Of a stretch of DNA of 64,000 nt, positions 41,336-53,804 are shown one piece after another. Every line of letters starts with the position of its first letter. The stretch's first letter is position 1. The DNA is from an uncultured Pelagibacteraceae bacterium (GTDB taxonomy: Bacteria > Pseudomonadota > Alphaproteobacteria > Pelagibacterales > Pelagibacteraceae). The stretch lies in assembly GCA_902581445.1 (NCBI GenBank), contig CACHOG010000002.1, positions 26,187 to 90,186 on the forward strand, given 5' to 3'. Below the pieces are notes generated by a model that was not told the origin of the DNA, did not search any database, and saw only the letters and a program-made list of their open reading frames with translations. Made by a program: the position numbers and the translations under genes.

Positions 41336-42267
41336 TTTTTAATAAACCAAAATTTTGGGATAAAAAAAAACCCGATTTTTTTGCAATTTTACTCTTTCCA
41401 TTTTCAAAGATTGTAACGCTAATTAGTAATCTCAAAAGTGGTGAGAATTTTAAAAATTCTAATATAAAAACCATCTGTGTCGGTAATATTTATGTTGGGG
41501 GCACTGGTAAAACTCCTCTTTCAATTAAAATCAATAATATGTTAAACCAAAAAAAGTTTAAAAGTGTTGTTGCTAAAAAGTTTTATAATGAGCAAAAAGA
41601 TGAGCAATTATTAATTAAAAATAAAACAAATCTTATAACCAAAGGCTCTCGAAAAGATTGCTTAAATGAGGCTATTAAACAAAATTTTCAGATTGTTGTA
41701 TTTGATGACGGTTTGCAAGATAAGTCTATTAGCTATGATATTAAAATTTGTTGTTTTAGTTCAAACAATTGGATTGGTAACGGATGGGTTATACCGGCAG
41801 GACCATTAAGGGAGAATATTGATTCCCTAAAAAAATTTGACATAGTGTTTTTAAATGGTGCAGATATTAATAATAAAGAGAAAAGAGAACAAATTTTTAA
41901 AATCAATGAAAATATTAAAATTTACGAAAGTAATTATAAGCTTAAAGCTTTAGATAAGTTTGACATTTCTCAAAATTATGTTGCATTTTCTGGAATCGGA
42001 AATCCAGAAAACTTTAACTTAACTTTAAAGGAAAATAATTTTAAAATACTGAAATCTTTTTCATTTCCAGATCATTATGATTACAATAAAAAGGATATTA
42101 ATGTTATTAAAAAATTTGCTGATAAAAATAAAGCAAAAATAATTACCACAGAGAAAGATTACCAAAGAATAAAAAAAGAATTCAGAAATGATATCAGATT
42201 TATTGAAATGGAATTAGAAATACATAACGAAACTGAATTTAATAACTTTATCCTGTATAAAAAATGA
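41332..42267 (+). CDS. lpxK: Tetraacyldisaccharide 4'-kinase
   Basis: VGNIYVGGTGKTP, DDGLQ, PAGPLRE, FPDH, TTEKD. Confidence 0.95.
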   Translation: MIFNKPKFWDKKKPDFFAILLFPFSKIVTLISNLKSGENFKNSNIKTICVGNIYVGGTGKTPLSIKINNMLNQKKFKSVVAKKFYNEQKDEQLLIKNKTNLITKGSRKDCLNEAIKQNFQIVVFDDGLQDKSISYDIKICCFSSNNWIGNGWVIPAGPLRENIDSLKKFDIVFLNGADINNKEKREQIFKINENIKIYESNYKLKALDKFDISQNYVAFSGIGNPENFNLTLKENNFKILKSFSFPDHYDYNKKDINVIKKFADKNKAKIITTEKDYQRIKKEFRNDIRFIEMELEIHNETEFNNFILYKK

Positions 42268-43127
42268 AAAGTATAAAATATTTTATTGAATATTTATTTA
42301 TTAAATTACTCTTTTTAATATTTAAGTTGATAGGGTACGGAAATGCTTCAAATTTAGGTGCAAAAATAGGATCTATTTTTGGACCTATTTTTAGATCAAA
42401 AAAAATAATAAAAAAAAATATTCAAAATTGTTTACCAAACATAAGCAATAATGATATCGATAATTTAACAGTAAAAATGTGGGAAAATTATGGAAGAATA
42501 TTTTCCGAGTACATGTACATAGAAAAATTTAGATCAAAAAAATTAGAAAAATTTATCAATATTGAAGGTATTGAAATATTAGAAAAAATCAAAAGAGATG
42601 GTAAGCCAGTGGTTTTTATTTCTGGTCATTTTAACAATTTTGAACTAATGGCTATGCAGTTAGAATTGTCAGGTATTAAACTTTCAGCAATTTACAGGCC
42701 GTTAAATAATTTTTTTTTAAATAAAACAATGGAAAATTTAAGAAAAAATTTTATTTGTAAAAACCAAATAAAAAAAGGAATTGGTGGAGTTAGAGAAATT
42801 ATAAAATCATTTTCAGAAAATAACTCTATAGCTTTGATGATTGATCAACGTGTTACTGAAGGTGATAAGCTACTTTTGTTTAATAATCCCACTTACACAA
42901 CTACCATTCCAGGGCAATTGGTAAAAAAATATAAATGTCCAGTTGTACCAATTTATATCCAAAGAAAGGACAAAATTTTTTTTGATATGATAATTGAAGA
43001 TCCAATTTATTTCGGTGATGAAGAAAATGTTAAAAGCATTTCTCAAAAACTAAATAATTGGTTAGAACATAAAATATTGTTGAATCCAGAACAGTGGATC
43101 TGGACGCATAATAAATGGAGATTATAA
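42264..43127 (+). CDS. lpxL: Lipid A late acyltransferase (HtrB/LpxL family)
   Basis: GHFNNFE (HX4E), IDQ, PEQWIWTHNKW. Confidence 0.85.
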   Translation: MKSIKYFIEYLFIKLLFLIFKLIGYGNASNLGAKIGSIFGPIFRSKKIIKKNIQNCLPNISNNDIDNLTVKMWENYGRIFSEYMYIEKFRSKKLEKFINIEGIEILEKIKRDGKPVVFISGHFNNFELMAMQLELSGIKLSAIYRPLNNFFLNKTMENLRKNFICKNQIKKGIGGVREIIKSFSENNSIALMIDQRVTEGDKLLLFNNPTYTTTIPGQLVKKYKCPVVPIYIQRKDKIFFDMIIEDPIYFGDEENVKSISQKLNNWLEHKILLNPEQWIWTHNKWRL

Positions 43128-43138
43128 TTTATAGATTT

Positions 43139-43318
43139 TTATCTTTTTTTTGAAGCTTCTACGTATGAATAATAAGCTTCTTGCAATTCAACGTTCCAGT
43201 AGCTAAGTTTTTCAAGTTTTATCTCTTTTCCTGAAACCGCACAAATAACATGATCACCATTTTCGATTATTTCAAAGTTATTTGGCATATATTTTAATTT
43301 AGCTAATTTATTTTTCAT
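43139..43318 (-). CDS. DUF2093 family small protein (59 aa), absent from the ORF track
   Basis: Manual translation MKNKLAKLKYMPNNFEIIENGDHVICAVSGKEIKLEKLSYWNVELQEAYYSYVEASKKR. Confidence 0.8.
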   Translation of the reverse strand: MKNKLAKLKYMPNNFEIIENGDHVICAVSGKEIKLEKLSYWNVELQEAYYSYVEASKKR

Positions 43319-43340
43319 TATTTAGTTGTATAAAATATAT

Positions 43341-44600
43341 ATGAACATTGGAATTATTGGAAGTGGGGGAAGAGAGCATTCGCTTTGTTTTAAACTAAAA
43401 GAGTCAAAATTGGTAAAAAAAATATTTTGTTTTCCTGGGAATGCTGGAACGGAGGCAATCGCTGAAAACATAAATCTTGATATAACAGATTTTGAAAAAA
43501 TTCGTAAAACTTGCGAGCAAAAAAAAATTGAATTAGTTATCGTAGGGCCAGAGAAACCTCTTGTAGACGGCATTGTTGAGTATTTTGAGAATACAAAAAT
43601 AAAAATATTTGGTCCAGATAAAATTAGTTCTCAATTGGAGGGATCAAAAACTTTTACTAAAAAGCTTTGCAAAAAGTACAAAATACCAACATCTAATTTT
43701 GAGATTTTTAATGAGGAAGAATTAGCATTAGATTATTTATCCTCTATTCAATATCCGGTTGTTGTTAAAGCGGATGGGCTAGCGGCTGGAAAGGGTGTTT
43801 ATATTTGCAAAAATCAAGATGATGCAAAAACAGCAGTGAAGGAAATATTTGCCGGACGTTTTGGAAAAGCTGATTGCGTTTTAATAGAAGAGTTTTTGAA
43901 TGGAGAAGAAATGAGTTATTTTATTATTTCTGATGGAGAAACACATAAATTTTTCCAAACTGCACAAGATCATAAGAGAGTTGGTGAGAATGACACCGGC
44001 AAAAACACTGGGGGTATGGGTGCATATTCACCTTCAAGACTCTACACAAATGATTTAGATAAAAAAATTAATGAAAAAATAATTCAACCAACATTAAATG
44101 GCATTAAAGAACTTGGCAGCAATTATTCTGGGTTTCTTTATATAGGCTTAATGATAGTCAAAAATGAACCTTATCTGATAGAATTTAATGTAAGAATGGG
44201 TGATCCTGAGTGTCAAACCATCTTACCAATTTTAGATACTGATTTGGCAGAAATAATCTTAGCTTGTTGTAATAAAAAATTACAAGATATAGACATAAAG
44301 TGGAAGAATAAAAAAAGTGTATGTATAGTTTTATGTTCAAATGGATACCCAGATAGTTATAAAAAAAATATAATAATTAATGGTTTAAAAAATCTCAAAA
44401 TTGATAGAAATGAATACATATTCCATGCAGGAACAATAATTAAAGACGATAAATATTTAGCAATTGGTGGGAGAGTGTTAAATATCATAGTGACTACTGA
44501 AAATTTTAAAAATTCTAAAGATAAAGCTATAAAAATTTTGAATGATCTAGATTGGAAAGGTGGTTTTTTTAGAAAAGATATTGCTTACAAGGTTACTTAA
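43341..44600 (+). CDS. purD: Phosphoribosylamine-glycine ligase
   Basis: GSGGREH, VGPE.PL, KADGLAAGKGV, NTGGMGAY; ATG at 43341. Confidence 0.97.
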   Translation: MNIGIIGSGGREHSLCFKLKESKLVKKIFCFPGNAGTEAIAENINLDITDFEKIRKTCEQKKIELVIVGPEKPLVDGIVEYFENTKIKIFGPDKISSQLEGSKTFTKKLCKKYKIPTSNFEIFNEEELALDYLSSIQYPVVVKADGLAAGKGVYICKNQDDAKTAVKEIFAGRFGKADCVLIEEFLNGEEMSYFIISDGETHKFFQTAQDHKRVGENDTGKNTGGMGAYSPSRLYTNDLDKKINEKIIQPTLNGIKELGSNYSGFLYIGLMIVKNEPYLIEFNVRMGDPECQTILPILDTDLAEIILACCNKKLQDIDIKWKNKKSVCIVLCSNGYPDSYKKNIIINGLKNLKIDRNEYIFHAGTIIKDDKYLAIGGRVLNIIVTTENFKNSKDKAIKILNDLDWKGGFFRKDIAYKVT

Positions 44601-44602
44601 AT

Positions 44603-45163
44603 ATGAGAATAATTTCTGGAAAATTTAAGAATAAAACAATTCTTTTACCAACTGATAAAAATACCAGACCATTAAGAGATATGGTTAAAGAGTCTATATT
44701 TAATATCTTAAAACATTCAAATTTATTTCAAAATGAAATCTCAAATTCATCGATACTAGATCTATATTCAGGATCGGGTTCTTTTGGAATTGAATGCTTA
44801 TCAAGAGGGGCATCGAAAGTTATTTTTTGTGAAAACTATTTACCTGCGTATAAAATTTTAAAAAAGAACTTAAACTTATTAAATTGCAACAATCAAATGG
44901 AAATATTTAATGAAACAGTTTTTAACTTCATAAGTAATATTAATCATAAAATTAAGTTTGATATAATTTTTATGGATCCTCCTTATAAAGAGGATAAAAT
45001 AAACCAATTATTAGGTTTAATTTTTGAAAAAAAAATCTTAAAACATAATGGTCTGCTAATAATTCACAGAAATAAAAAAACAAAAGATGAATTTCCAATT
45101 AATTATAAAATAATTTTAGATAGAACTTATGGATTATCAAGAATATTTTTTGGAAAACTTTAA
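44603..45163 (+). CDS. rsmD: 16S rRNA m2G966 methyltransferase
   Basis: MRIISGK, LDLYSGSG, E.LSRGA, DPPY. Confidence 0.93.
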   Translation: MRIISGKFKNKTILLPTDKNTRPLRDMVKESIFNILKHSNLFQNEISNSSILDLYSGSGSFGIECLSRGASKVIFCENYLPAYKILKKNLNLLNCNNQMEIFNETVFNFISNINHKIKFDIIFMDPPYKEDKINQLLGLIFEKKILKHNGLLIIHRNKKTKDEFPINYKIILDRTYGLSRIFFGKL

Positions 45164-46320
45164 TTTGTAAGAATTTTTTTTGTCTCTGTTTTTATCAATT
45201 CTACAGAAGGCTGATCAAAAGGATTTACTTTCATCGCATCTCCTAAAAGAATAGTTTCTAGCATAAAAAAAGTAAATAACTCCCCCAAAGCCTCTTCCGA
45301 ACGCAGTAAAACTTTGAAACTTCGAAAAGGAATTTTCTTTTTTCTAAAAACATTTTCTGTAGCTTTTTTTTGAGCTGATTTGATTTGATATAAATTCTTA
45401 TTTTTTAAATAATTAAAAGAATTTAATAATTGTGAGTTTTTTACTTTTTGATAGCTATGATCATTAACATCAAAAAAAGTAAAAAAACAATTTTTAGGAC
45501 CGTCTAAGTATAATTGCATTAAACTATGATTATCTTTTGGCATACTTGAAACCATGGGTAAGATACCTTTAGAATTTTTTCCTAAACTTTCGGCAACTAA
45601 CTGTTGATACCAGGAAAACAGATCATGGGAAAGTTCATCATAATTCAAAATGACGGAATTGTATTTTTTTTTACTTAAAAAATATATTGTCGATACTACA
45701 CTGTCTAATAATGAATTAATAAAATTTTTATTCTTAATAAGATTATTGAAATTTTTAAATTTTTCAGGTTTTAAGCCCATAAAAATTGCTGGTAACATTC
45801 CGACCTCAGAAAGCACTGAATATCTGCCTCCTATATAATTTTTATGATTAATTATTTGACAATTAAGTTTTCTTGCAAGAGTCCTTACATAATTGTTAGA
45901 ATTTTCACATATGAATAAATTATTTCTTTGACTCTTTATTGCAGTGAAGTTTGATATTGTTTCTAGGGTATTTCCCGACTTTGAAATAATTATATTTAAT
46001 CTCTTTTCATTTGACTGATGTTCTTTCCTCGAATTTAGGTTATCTATAAAAGTAAATTTTTTTTTTATTTTTGGACTTAAGAAATTGTAGATAGCCTTAG
46101 CTCCAAGAGAAGATCCACCCATACCAATTAAATTATAATTATTGAATTTTTTATATTTTTTTATTTGGGACTGTGAAAAACTATAGGAATAGTTTTTTGA
46201 GAAGCTTTTTACTAATTCATGATTTTTATAATAATTAAGACGCTTTAAAATCTTGGCTTTACTTTTTTTTTTATTCTTAATAGCCCCAAATCCTTTTAGA
46301 CGAATATTTTTAGTAAACAT
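45160..46320 (-). CDS. pgi: Glucose-6-phosphate isomerase (short, SIS-domain)
   Basis: GMGGSSLG, SKSGNTLET, GGRYSV, QL.AESLGK, NPFDQP.VE. Confidence 0.88.
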   Translation of the reverse strand: MFTKNIRLKGFGAIKNKKKSKAKILKRLNYYKNHELVKSFSKNYSYSFSQSQIKKYKKFNNYNLIGMGGSSLGAKAIYNFLSPKIKKKFTFIDNLNSRKEHQSNEKRLNIIISKSGNTLETISNFTAIKSQRNNLFICENSNNYVRTLARKLNCQIINHKNYIGGRYSVLSEVGMLPAIFMGLKPEKFKNFNNLIKNKNFINSLLDSVVSTIYFLSKKKYNSVILNYDELSHDLFSWYQQLVAESLGKNSKGILPMVSSMPKDNHSLMQLYLDGPKNCFFTFFDVNDHSYQKVKNSQLLNSFNYLKNKNLYQIKSAQKKATENVFRKKKIPFRSFKVLLRSEEALGELFTFFMLETILLGDAMKVNPFDQPSVELIKTETKKILTN

Positions 46321-46634
46321 TAATTGTTTTTAATTTGTTTAAGAACAAATTCTTCGGCTGACTTGTCGATAATTTCCGAACTAGTATCGACCTCGCTTCT
46401 TTGAAAGAGTTTTTCTATATCTTCATCTATCTGCTCTACCTTATCTATCTCTTCACTTTCAATATTAGGTTCTGGCAGTATTCCAAAATCTGGTGGTAGT
46501 TCTAAAGGGTTTTTCTTTTCAATTAAAAATTCATCACTATTTCTATTTTTCTTACCGGCCAGACCATCTTGTACAGTTTGACAGGCATTTAAAATAAAAA
46601 ATATAAAAATTAAAAAAAAATATCTAATTTGCAT
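46320..46634 (-). CDS. DUF3035-like lipoprotein
   Basis: Lipobox LNAC, DEF....NPL.LPPDF..LP.P; ATG at 46634. Confidence 0.8.
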   Translation of the reverse strand: MQIRYFFLIFIFFILNACQTVQDGLAGKKNRNSDEFLIEKKNPLELPPDFGILPEPNIESEEIDKVEQIDEDIEKLFQRSEVDTSSEIIDKSAEEFVLKQIKNN

Positions 46635-47124
46635 TAAGTTTATCCTCTTTATTAGAAAATAATTCAACAAAAATAAGGCACACAACACCAATTGAAATAA
46701 ATATATCAGCTACATTGAAAATAAACCAATGAAAATCATTATAATTTAAATCTATAAAATCAGGGACTGCAGAATAATAAAGTCTATCGAATAGATTGCC
46801 AAGTGATCCACCCAAAATAACAAAAAATATAAGTCCTTTAAAATTATTTGACTTTACACCAAGGTATAAAATTACAAAATTAACTAATACGATTATTAAT
46901 GTAATTAAATTATAAACAAATTGTTTTTCAAATGACAATAATCCAAAACCTATTCCTGTATTCCAAACTAAAATTATATTTATAAATTGATTTAGATAAA
47001 TATCTACTTCGCCATAAGTTTCAGCAATATTTATAATATAAATTTTTGAAATTCTATCTAAAGTAAAAATTAATAATGTAATTAAAAAATAAAAAAAAAT
47101 TTTTTTGTTTAAAAATTTTGTCAT
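46624..47124 (-). CDS. lspA: Lipoprotein signal peptidase II
   Basis: NTGIGFG, GNLFDR, VPDF, FNVAD. Confidence 0.95.
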   Translation of the reverse strand: MTKFLNKKIFFYFLITLLIFTLDRISKIYIINIAETYGEVDIYLNQFINIILVWNTGIGFGLLSFEKQFVYNLITLIIVLVNFVILYLGVKSNNFKGLIFFVILGGSLGNLFDRLYYSAVPDFIDLNYNDFHWFIFNVADIFISIGVVCLIFVELFSNKEDKLNAN

Positions 47125-49859
47125 TTAAAATTGCATGTTGGGTGTCTTTCACACTCTGTTTCTCTAATTTTCCAACAAATAGTACATTTTTTTCCGTTTG
47201 CTTTTGAAGTTTTTACTTCTATGTTGTCTTTTGCATTTTCATCCAAAATAGTATTTGCAAGTGAAGTTATACATATTTCTGAAAAATCATATTTTTTTGC
47301 AATGTCATATAGATCCTTACTCAATCTGATATCAATTGCAGTTTCTAAGCTAGATCCTATTGTTTTGGCTGCTCTTTTTTCTTCAATACTTATATTTGCT
47401 ATATCTCTTATTTTGTTAATTTTTTCCCAGTTGTTATTAAGTTCCTCATCTTTCCAAGATTTTGGAAATTCTGGAAATTTTTTTAAATGAATACTGTTTT
47501 TTTCATCTTTGTTTAAAAGACTAAAAATTTCCTCTGTCGTAAAAGATAAAATTGGTGCAAACCATTTTAGCAAGGCATCCAATATTGTATTTAATATTAA
47601 AATACAACTTTGTCTCTTATCTGAATTTTTTTTATCGCAATATAGAGTGTCTTTTCTGATATCAAAATAAAATGAAGAAAGATCTACAGTACAGAAGTTT
47701 AATAGTTCTTTGTACAAAACATGAAAGTTGTACTCTCTAAAATTTGCTTTAAATTTTTCATTCAATATATACAATTTGTGTAACATTAATTTTTCGAGTT
47801 CTGGAAGTTTGCTAATATCAATATTGGTATATTCTTGCTCTAAATAATTGTCATTTATATTTCCCATTAAGTATCTAAATGTATTTCTTATCTTCCTATA
47901 TGCTTCAGCATGTTGCTCTAAAATTGAGTAGTCTATTCTCAAATCTTCAGAGTAATCGGATGCAGTCACCCAAACTCTAAGAATATCTGCTCCATATTTT
48001 TTTAAAATATCTTCGGGAAATATTTGGTTTCCTAAAGACTTTGACATTTTCAAACCCTTACCATCCATCACAAATCCGTGAGATAAAATACTTTCAAATG
48101 GAGCTCTGCCTCTTGTTCCACAAGATTCTAATAATGAGGAATGAAACCATCCTCTATGTTGATCAGATCCCTCTAAATACATTGATGCAGGCCATTTTAA
48201 ATCTTCTCTTTTTTCTAAAACGAATGAATGAGTAGATCCACTATCAAACCAAACTTCAACAATATCTTTTAGTTTAATAAAATCTTCTGCTTTATATTTG
48301 TCTCCTAAAAATTTTTGAGGGTCATCTGAAAACCAGCAATCTGATCCTTCTTTTTCATAGATAGACGCAATATTTTCAAAAACTTCTTCATCTACTAAAA
48401 CTTTACCATCTGATTTAGAAATAAATATAGGTAATGGTACGCCCCAAACTCTTTGTCTAGAAACACACCAATCTGGTCTTGTTTCGATCATTGATCTCAA
48501 TCTTTCTTTCCCTTTTGCAGGATAAAATTCTGTATCATCAATAGCTTTTAAAGCTTTATCTCTTAATTTATGGCTTTCCATGGAAATAAACCATTGAGGT
48601 GTAGCTCTATGGACTAACGGAGCTTTAGATCTCCACGAATGAGGATATGAATGGTTTAGTTTTCCATTCGCTAATAAATTTTTTTCATTTTTAAGCTTCT
48701 CAATAACAATTGGGTTTGCTTTAAAAATATGAATACCTTCAAAATTTAAAACATGTTTTGTATACTTTCCGTCATCATCAACTGTTTCGACAGCCTTAAT
48801 ATCATTATTTAAACATAAATTAAAATCATCTGGACCATGGCTTGGAGCGCAATGTACTATTCCTGAGCCTTGTTCTGTCGTAACAAACCTTGCCTCAAGC
48901 ATTGGTATATCATAATTGTATCCTATATTCTTAAACGGATGTGAACAAACTACTCCTTCAAAATCGGATCCATTTAATTCACTTGTAATTTTATAGTCAT
49001 TAATTTTACAATCTTCGATTACACTTTTTAAAAGGTCCTTTGCTACAACAATTTTTCTTTTGTTGAAATCACCTTTGTCATTAATTTGTAAAACTACATA
49101 TTTTAATGATTTGTTATAAGCTAAAGCTTTGTTTGCTGGTATCGTCCATGGTGTAGTTGTCCAAATGATTACTTCAGTGCCTAAGAGTTCGTTTATTTTT
49201 GATTTTTGAACAGGAAACGAAACATAAATTGTATCTGATGTATGATCCATATATTCAACCTCCGCATCAGCAAGAGCAGTTTTTTCAACTGTGGACCACA
49301 AAACTGGCTTATAACCTCTGTATAGACTACCTTCTTTTAAAAATTTACCTAACTCTCTTACTATTTGAGCCTCAGCGTCATAACTCATTGTAGAATAATA
49401 ATTTTCCCAATCTCCAACAACCCCAAGTCTTTTAAATTGTTCTTTGTGAACGTTGATCCATTTATTAGCAAATTCTCTGCACTCTTTTCTAAATTCAACA
49501 ACTGGAACATCATTTTTATTTTTTTTATTTTTTTTATATTGTTCTTCTATTTTCCATTCGATAGGCAACCCATGACAATCCCATCCTGGAACGTATATCG
49601 AGTCTTTACCATCCATTTGATGAAATTTTGTAATTATATCTTTAAGAATTTTGTTAAAGGCTGTTCCCATATGAATATTTCCATTTGCATAAGGAGGCCC
49701 ATCGTGAAGAACAAATTTTTCTTTACCTTTATTGTTTTCTCTTAATAAATTGTAAAGATTAATTTTATTCCAATGTTCAACGATCTTAGGTTCTTTCAAT
49801 GGAAGATTTGCTTTCATTGAAAAAGCAGTTTTTGGAAGATTTATTTGATCTTTGCTCAT
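47121..49859 (-). CDS. ileS: Isoleucine-tRNA ligase
   Basis: HDGPPYANG.IHMG, EGSDQHRGWF, KMSKS. Confidence 0.98.
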   Translation of the reverse strand: MSKDQINLPKTAFSMKANLPLKEPKIVEHWNKINLYNLLRENNKGKEKFVLHDGPPYANGNIHMGTAFNKILKDIITKFHQMDGKDSIYVPGWDCHGLPIEWKIEEQYKKNKKNKNDVPVVEFRKECREFANKWINVHKEQFKRLGVVGDWENYYSTMSYDAEAQIVRELGKFLKEGSLYRGYKPVLWSTVEKTALADAEVEYMDHTSDTIYVSFPVQKSKINELLGTEVIIWTTTPWTIPANKALAYNKSLKYVVLQINDKGDFNKRKIVVAKDLLKSVIEDCKINDYKITSELNGSDFEGVVCSHPFKNIGYNYDIPMLEARFVTTEQGSGIVHCAPSHGPDDFNLCLNNDIKAVETVDDDGKYTKHVLNFEGIHIFKANPIVIEKLKNEKNLLANGKLNHSYPHSWRSKAPLVHRATPQWFISMESHKLRDKALKAIDDTEFYPAKGKERLRSMIETRPDWCVSRQRVWGVPLPIFISKSDGKVLVDEEVFENIASIYEKEGSDCWFSDDPQKFLGDKYKAEDFIKLKDIVEVWFDSGSTHSFVLEKREDLKWPASMYLEGSDQHRGWFHSSLLESCGTRGRAPFESILSHGFVMDGKGLKMSKSLGNQIFPEDILKKYGADILRVWVTASDYSEDLRIDYSILEQHAEAYRKIRNTFRYLMGNINDNYLEQEYTNIDISKLPELEKLMLHKLYILNEKFKANFREYNFHVLYKELLNFCTVDLSSFYFDIRKDTLYCDKKNSDKRQSCILILNTILDALLKWFAPILSFTTEEIFSLLNKDEKNSIHLKKFPEFPKSWKDEELNNNWEKINKIRDIANISIEEKRAAKTIGSSLETAIDIRLSKDLYDIAKKYDFSEICITSLANTILDENAKDNIEVKTSKANGKKCTICWKIRETECERHPTCNFK

Positions 49860-50788
49860 TTTAATTTTTTAGCTGTTTTTACATCTTTTTTTATCTGTTT
49901 TTTTAACTCTTCTATACCATTAAATTTTTTTTCACCTCTTATAAACTTTAAAAACTCAACAGTTAGCTTTTTATTATAAAGATTTTCTTTAAAATTAAAA
50001 ATATTTACCTCAAGAAGAATTCTATTTTGATTAAATGTAGGTCTATAACCCAAGTTTGCTATGCCATTGAGTTTTTTTTTTGTCTTATTAATTAAAATTT
50101 TAACTGCATAAACTCCTGGTTTAGCTATGACATAATTTCCAATGTCTATGTTGCAAGTTGGAAACCCAATAGTTTTGCCTAATCTTCTTCCGTATTGTAC
50201 AATTCCCTGAATTGACCAATTTCTATCTAAGTATTTATTGGCAGTAGAGATTTGTCCTTTCTCTAAAAGTTTCCTTATAGATGTCGAAGATATAATCTTT
50301 TTCCTTTTTTTTAAAGGTGATGGATTTATTATTCTATATTTAAATTTTTTTTCAAAATATTTTAATAATTTTACATCTCCCTCACGTTTATTTCCAAATC
50401 TAAAATTATTGCTTACAAAAATTAACTTTGCGGATAACTTTTTGTATAGAAATTTTTCAATAAATTGGTTGCATTTTATTTTTGAAAATTTTAAGTCAAA
50501 TTTTTTGTTAATAACAAAATCAACCTTAAATTTTCTTAAAATTTCCAACTTTTGATCTAGATTAGATATTCTATAATTTTTAATTTTTTTGAAAAAAAAC
50601 ATCTTAGGGATTGGATCAAATGTCACTACTCCAATTTTATATTTTTTTCTTTTTTTTAATATCAACGCTTTTTTAAATAATTTTTGATGTCCTAAATGGA
50701 CGCCATCAAAATTACCAATTAATATAATTGAGTTTTTGTGTTTTTTTTGTACGTCAAAATTTTTGTAATATTTTATTTTATTTACCAT
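49856..50788 (-). CDS. ribF: Bifunctional riboflavin kinase/FAD synthetase
   Basis: GNFDGVHLGH, ISSTSIR, GFPTCN, G.RPTF. Confidence 0.96.
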   Translation of the reverse strand: MVNKIKYYKNFDVQKKHKNSIILIGNFDGVHLGHQKLFKKALILKKRKKYKIGVVTFDPIPKMFFFKKIKNYRISNLDQKLEILRKFKVDFVINKKFDLKFSKIKCNQFIEKFLYKKLSAKLIFVSNNFRFGNKREGDVKLLKYFEKKFKYRIINPSPLKKRKKIISSTSIRKLLEKGQISTANKYLDRNWSIQGIVQYGRRLGKTIGFPTCNIDIGNYVIAKPGVYAVKILINKTKKKLNGIANLGYRPTFNQNRILLEVNIFNFKENLYNKKLTVEFLKFIRGEKKFNGIEELKKQIKKDVKTAKKLK

Positions 50789-51597
50789 TTTAAGTGTGAT
50801 TGATAATAATTAATCTTTACATTGTATTTTAATTGAACTTTTTCAATATTTTTATCTATTTCTTTTCTATGTATACCTGAAGATATTAGCATAGAGTCGA
50901 AATTTTGAATATTGGCTCCTTTGATATCCGTATTAAGATTATCTCCAATACACAATATTTTTTTATTTTTTATGTCTGCAGATTGTTGATATACGGGTGG
51001 ATAAGGCTTTCCAAAATATTCAACTTTTCCTCCAAGATCTTCGAAAATTTTTGCTACTGAGCCTGCGCAATATTCTGTAACATTACCTCTATCTACAATT
51101 AAATCAGGATTTGTACATATCATTATTTTACCAATTACATTTTTAAATATTTCTTTATAATATTTTAAGTCCTCATCGTATTCTTCGAAAAGTCCTGTAC
51201 ACAATATAAAATTGGATTGTTCTAAATTATCAATTTTATTTTTTTCAAACAGTTTAAAAAGATCAAAATCTCTCGGGGGTCCAATATGATAAAATTTCTT
51301 TTCTTTATAATTTTTTTCTAAATGTTTAAGTGCAGATTCCCCGGATGTATAAACTTTGCTACATTTATTTTCATCTAATCCCATCTTTTTTAAGAATTCA
51401 ATTACTGTACTATTTGGTCTTGGTGCATTAGTAAGCAGAATATATTTTTTATTTAATCTTTCTAATTCGTCTAAAACATTTACAGAATTTTGATAAAGAC
51501 TTATTCCGTTATGAAGCACTCCCCAAATATCTATAAAGAAGACATCGTAGCTGTTCGCTACTGACTTCAGGCCTAAATCATCTAAATTTTTTGGCAT
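50782..51597 (-). CDS. HAD-IIA family hydrolase (TIGR01459-like)
   Basis: DIWGVLHNG, TNAPRP, NPD, GKP, GD...TD. Confidence 0.88.
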   Translation of the reverse strand: MPKNLDDLGLKSVANSYDVFFIDIWGVLHNGISLYQNSVNVLDELERLNKKYILLTNAPRPNSTVIEFLKKMGLDENKCSKVYTSGESALKHLEKNYKEKKFYHIGPPRDFDLFKLFEKNKIDNLEQSNFILCTGLFEEYDEDLKYYKEIFKNVIGKIMICTNPDLIVDRGNVTEYCAGSVAKIFEDLGGKVEYFGKPYPPVYQQSADIKNKKILCIGDNLNTDIKGANIQNFDSMLISSGIHRKEIDKNIEKVQLKYNVKINYYQSHLKW

Positions 51598-51664
51598 TTA
51601 GGAGATATAACTTAAAAAAATCAATATTTCTTGGTTTTTTAAGGTTTAAATTTCTTGATGATAT

Positions 51665-51693
51665 CTTGAAATATTAGCCAAGCATCTTTATAT
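51665..51693 (+). promoter_or_regulatory. Putative RpoH (sigma32) promoter of groESL
   Basis: CTTGAA-N15-CTTTATAT resembles the alphaproteobacterial RpoH consensus; no CIRCE seen. Confidence 0.55.
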
Positions 51694-51718
51694 GATCCAC
51701 ATATTTATAGGAGTTTTT

Positions 51719-52012
51719 ATGAAATTTAAACCTTTGCACGATAGAGTGCTTATTGAAGTTCTAGATGGCAGTGAAAAAACTGCGGGTGGGATAATCATAC
51801 CAGACACGGCTCAAGAAAAACCGCAAGAAGGTAAAGTTGTTGCTGTAGGCGGAGGAGCAAAAACTGAAGACGGAAAGATAATCCCAATGGATGTTAAAGT
51901 TGGAGATAAAGTTCTTTTTGGCAAATGGTCTGGTACAGAAGTTAAAATTGACGGAAAAGAATACAGCATAATGAAAGAGTCGGACATTATGGGTATTTCA
52001 ACAGGAAAATAA
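51719..52012 (+). CDS. groES: Co-chaperonin GroES
   Basis: [16 protein letters not shown]; SD AGGAG before ATG 51719. Confidence 0.98.
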   Translation: MKFKPLHDRVLIEVLDGSEKTAGGIIIPDTAQEKPQEGKVVAVGGGAKTEDGKIIPMDVKVGDKVLFGKWSGTEVKIDGKEYSIMKESDIMGISTGK

Positions 52013-53683
<1,671 letters not shown>

Positions 53684-53709
53684 GACACATTCAGCACTCA
53701 ATAGAATTC

Positions 53710-53741
53710 AAAAAGGCGAGTTTTTACTCGCCTTTTTTTTT
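53710..53741 (+). terminator. Rho-independent terminator after groEL
   Basis: AAAAAGGCGAGT-TTTT-ACTCGCC followed by a T9 tract. Confidence 0.9.
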
Positions 53742-53759
53742 ATTTGTACGAAAAAAAAG

Positions 53760-53792
53760 TTTGATGAACATTTAGATGAATGTTTGATGAAC
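53760..53792 (+). repeat. Three tandem TTWGATGAAY boxes (candidate integrase arm sites)
   Basis: TTTGATGAAC 53760-53769, TTAGATGAAT 53772-53781, TTTGATGAAC 53783-53792. Confidence 0.75.
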
Positions 53793-53804
53793 AAAATAAG
53801 TAAA

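Noticed and set aside
53691-53699. TCAGCACTC after groEL, resembling a CIRCE left half
   Set aside because: No GAGTGCTAA right half at N9, and it lies downstream of the gene
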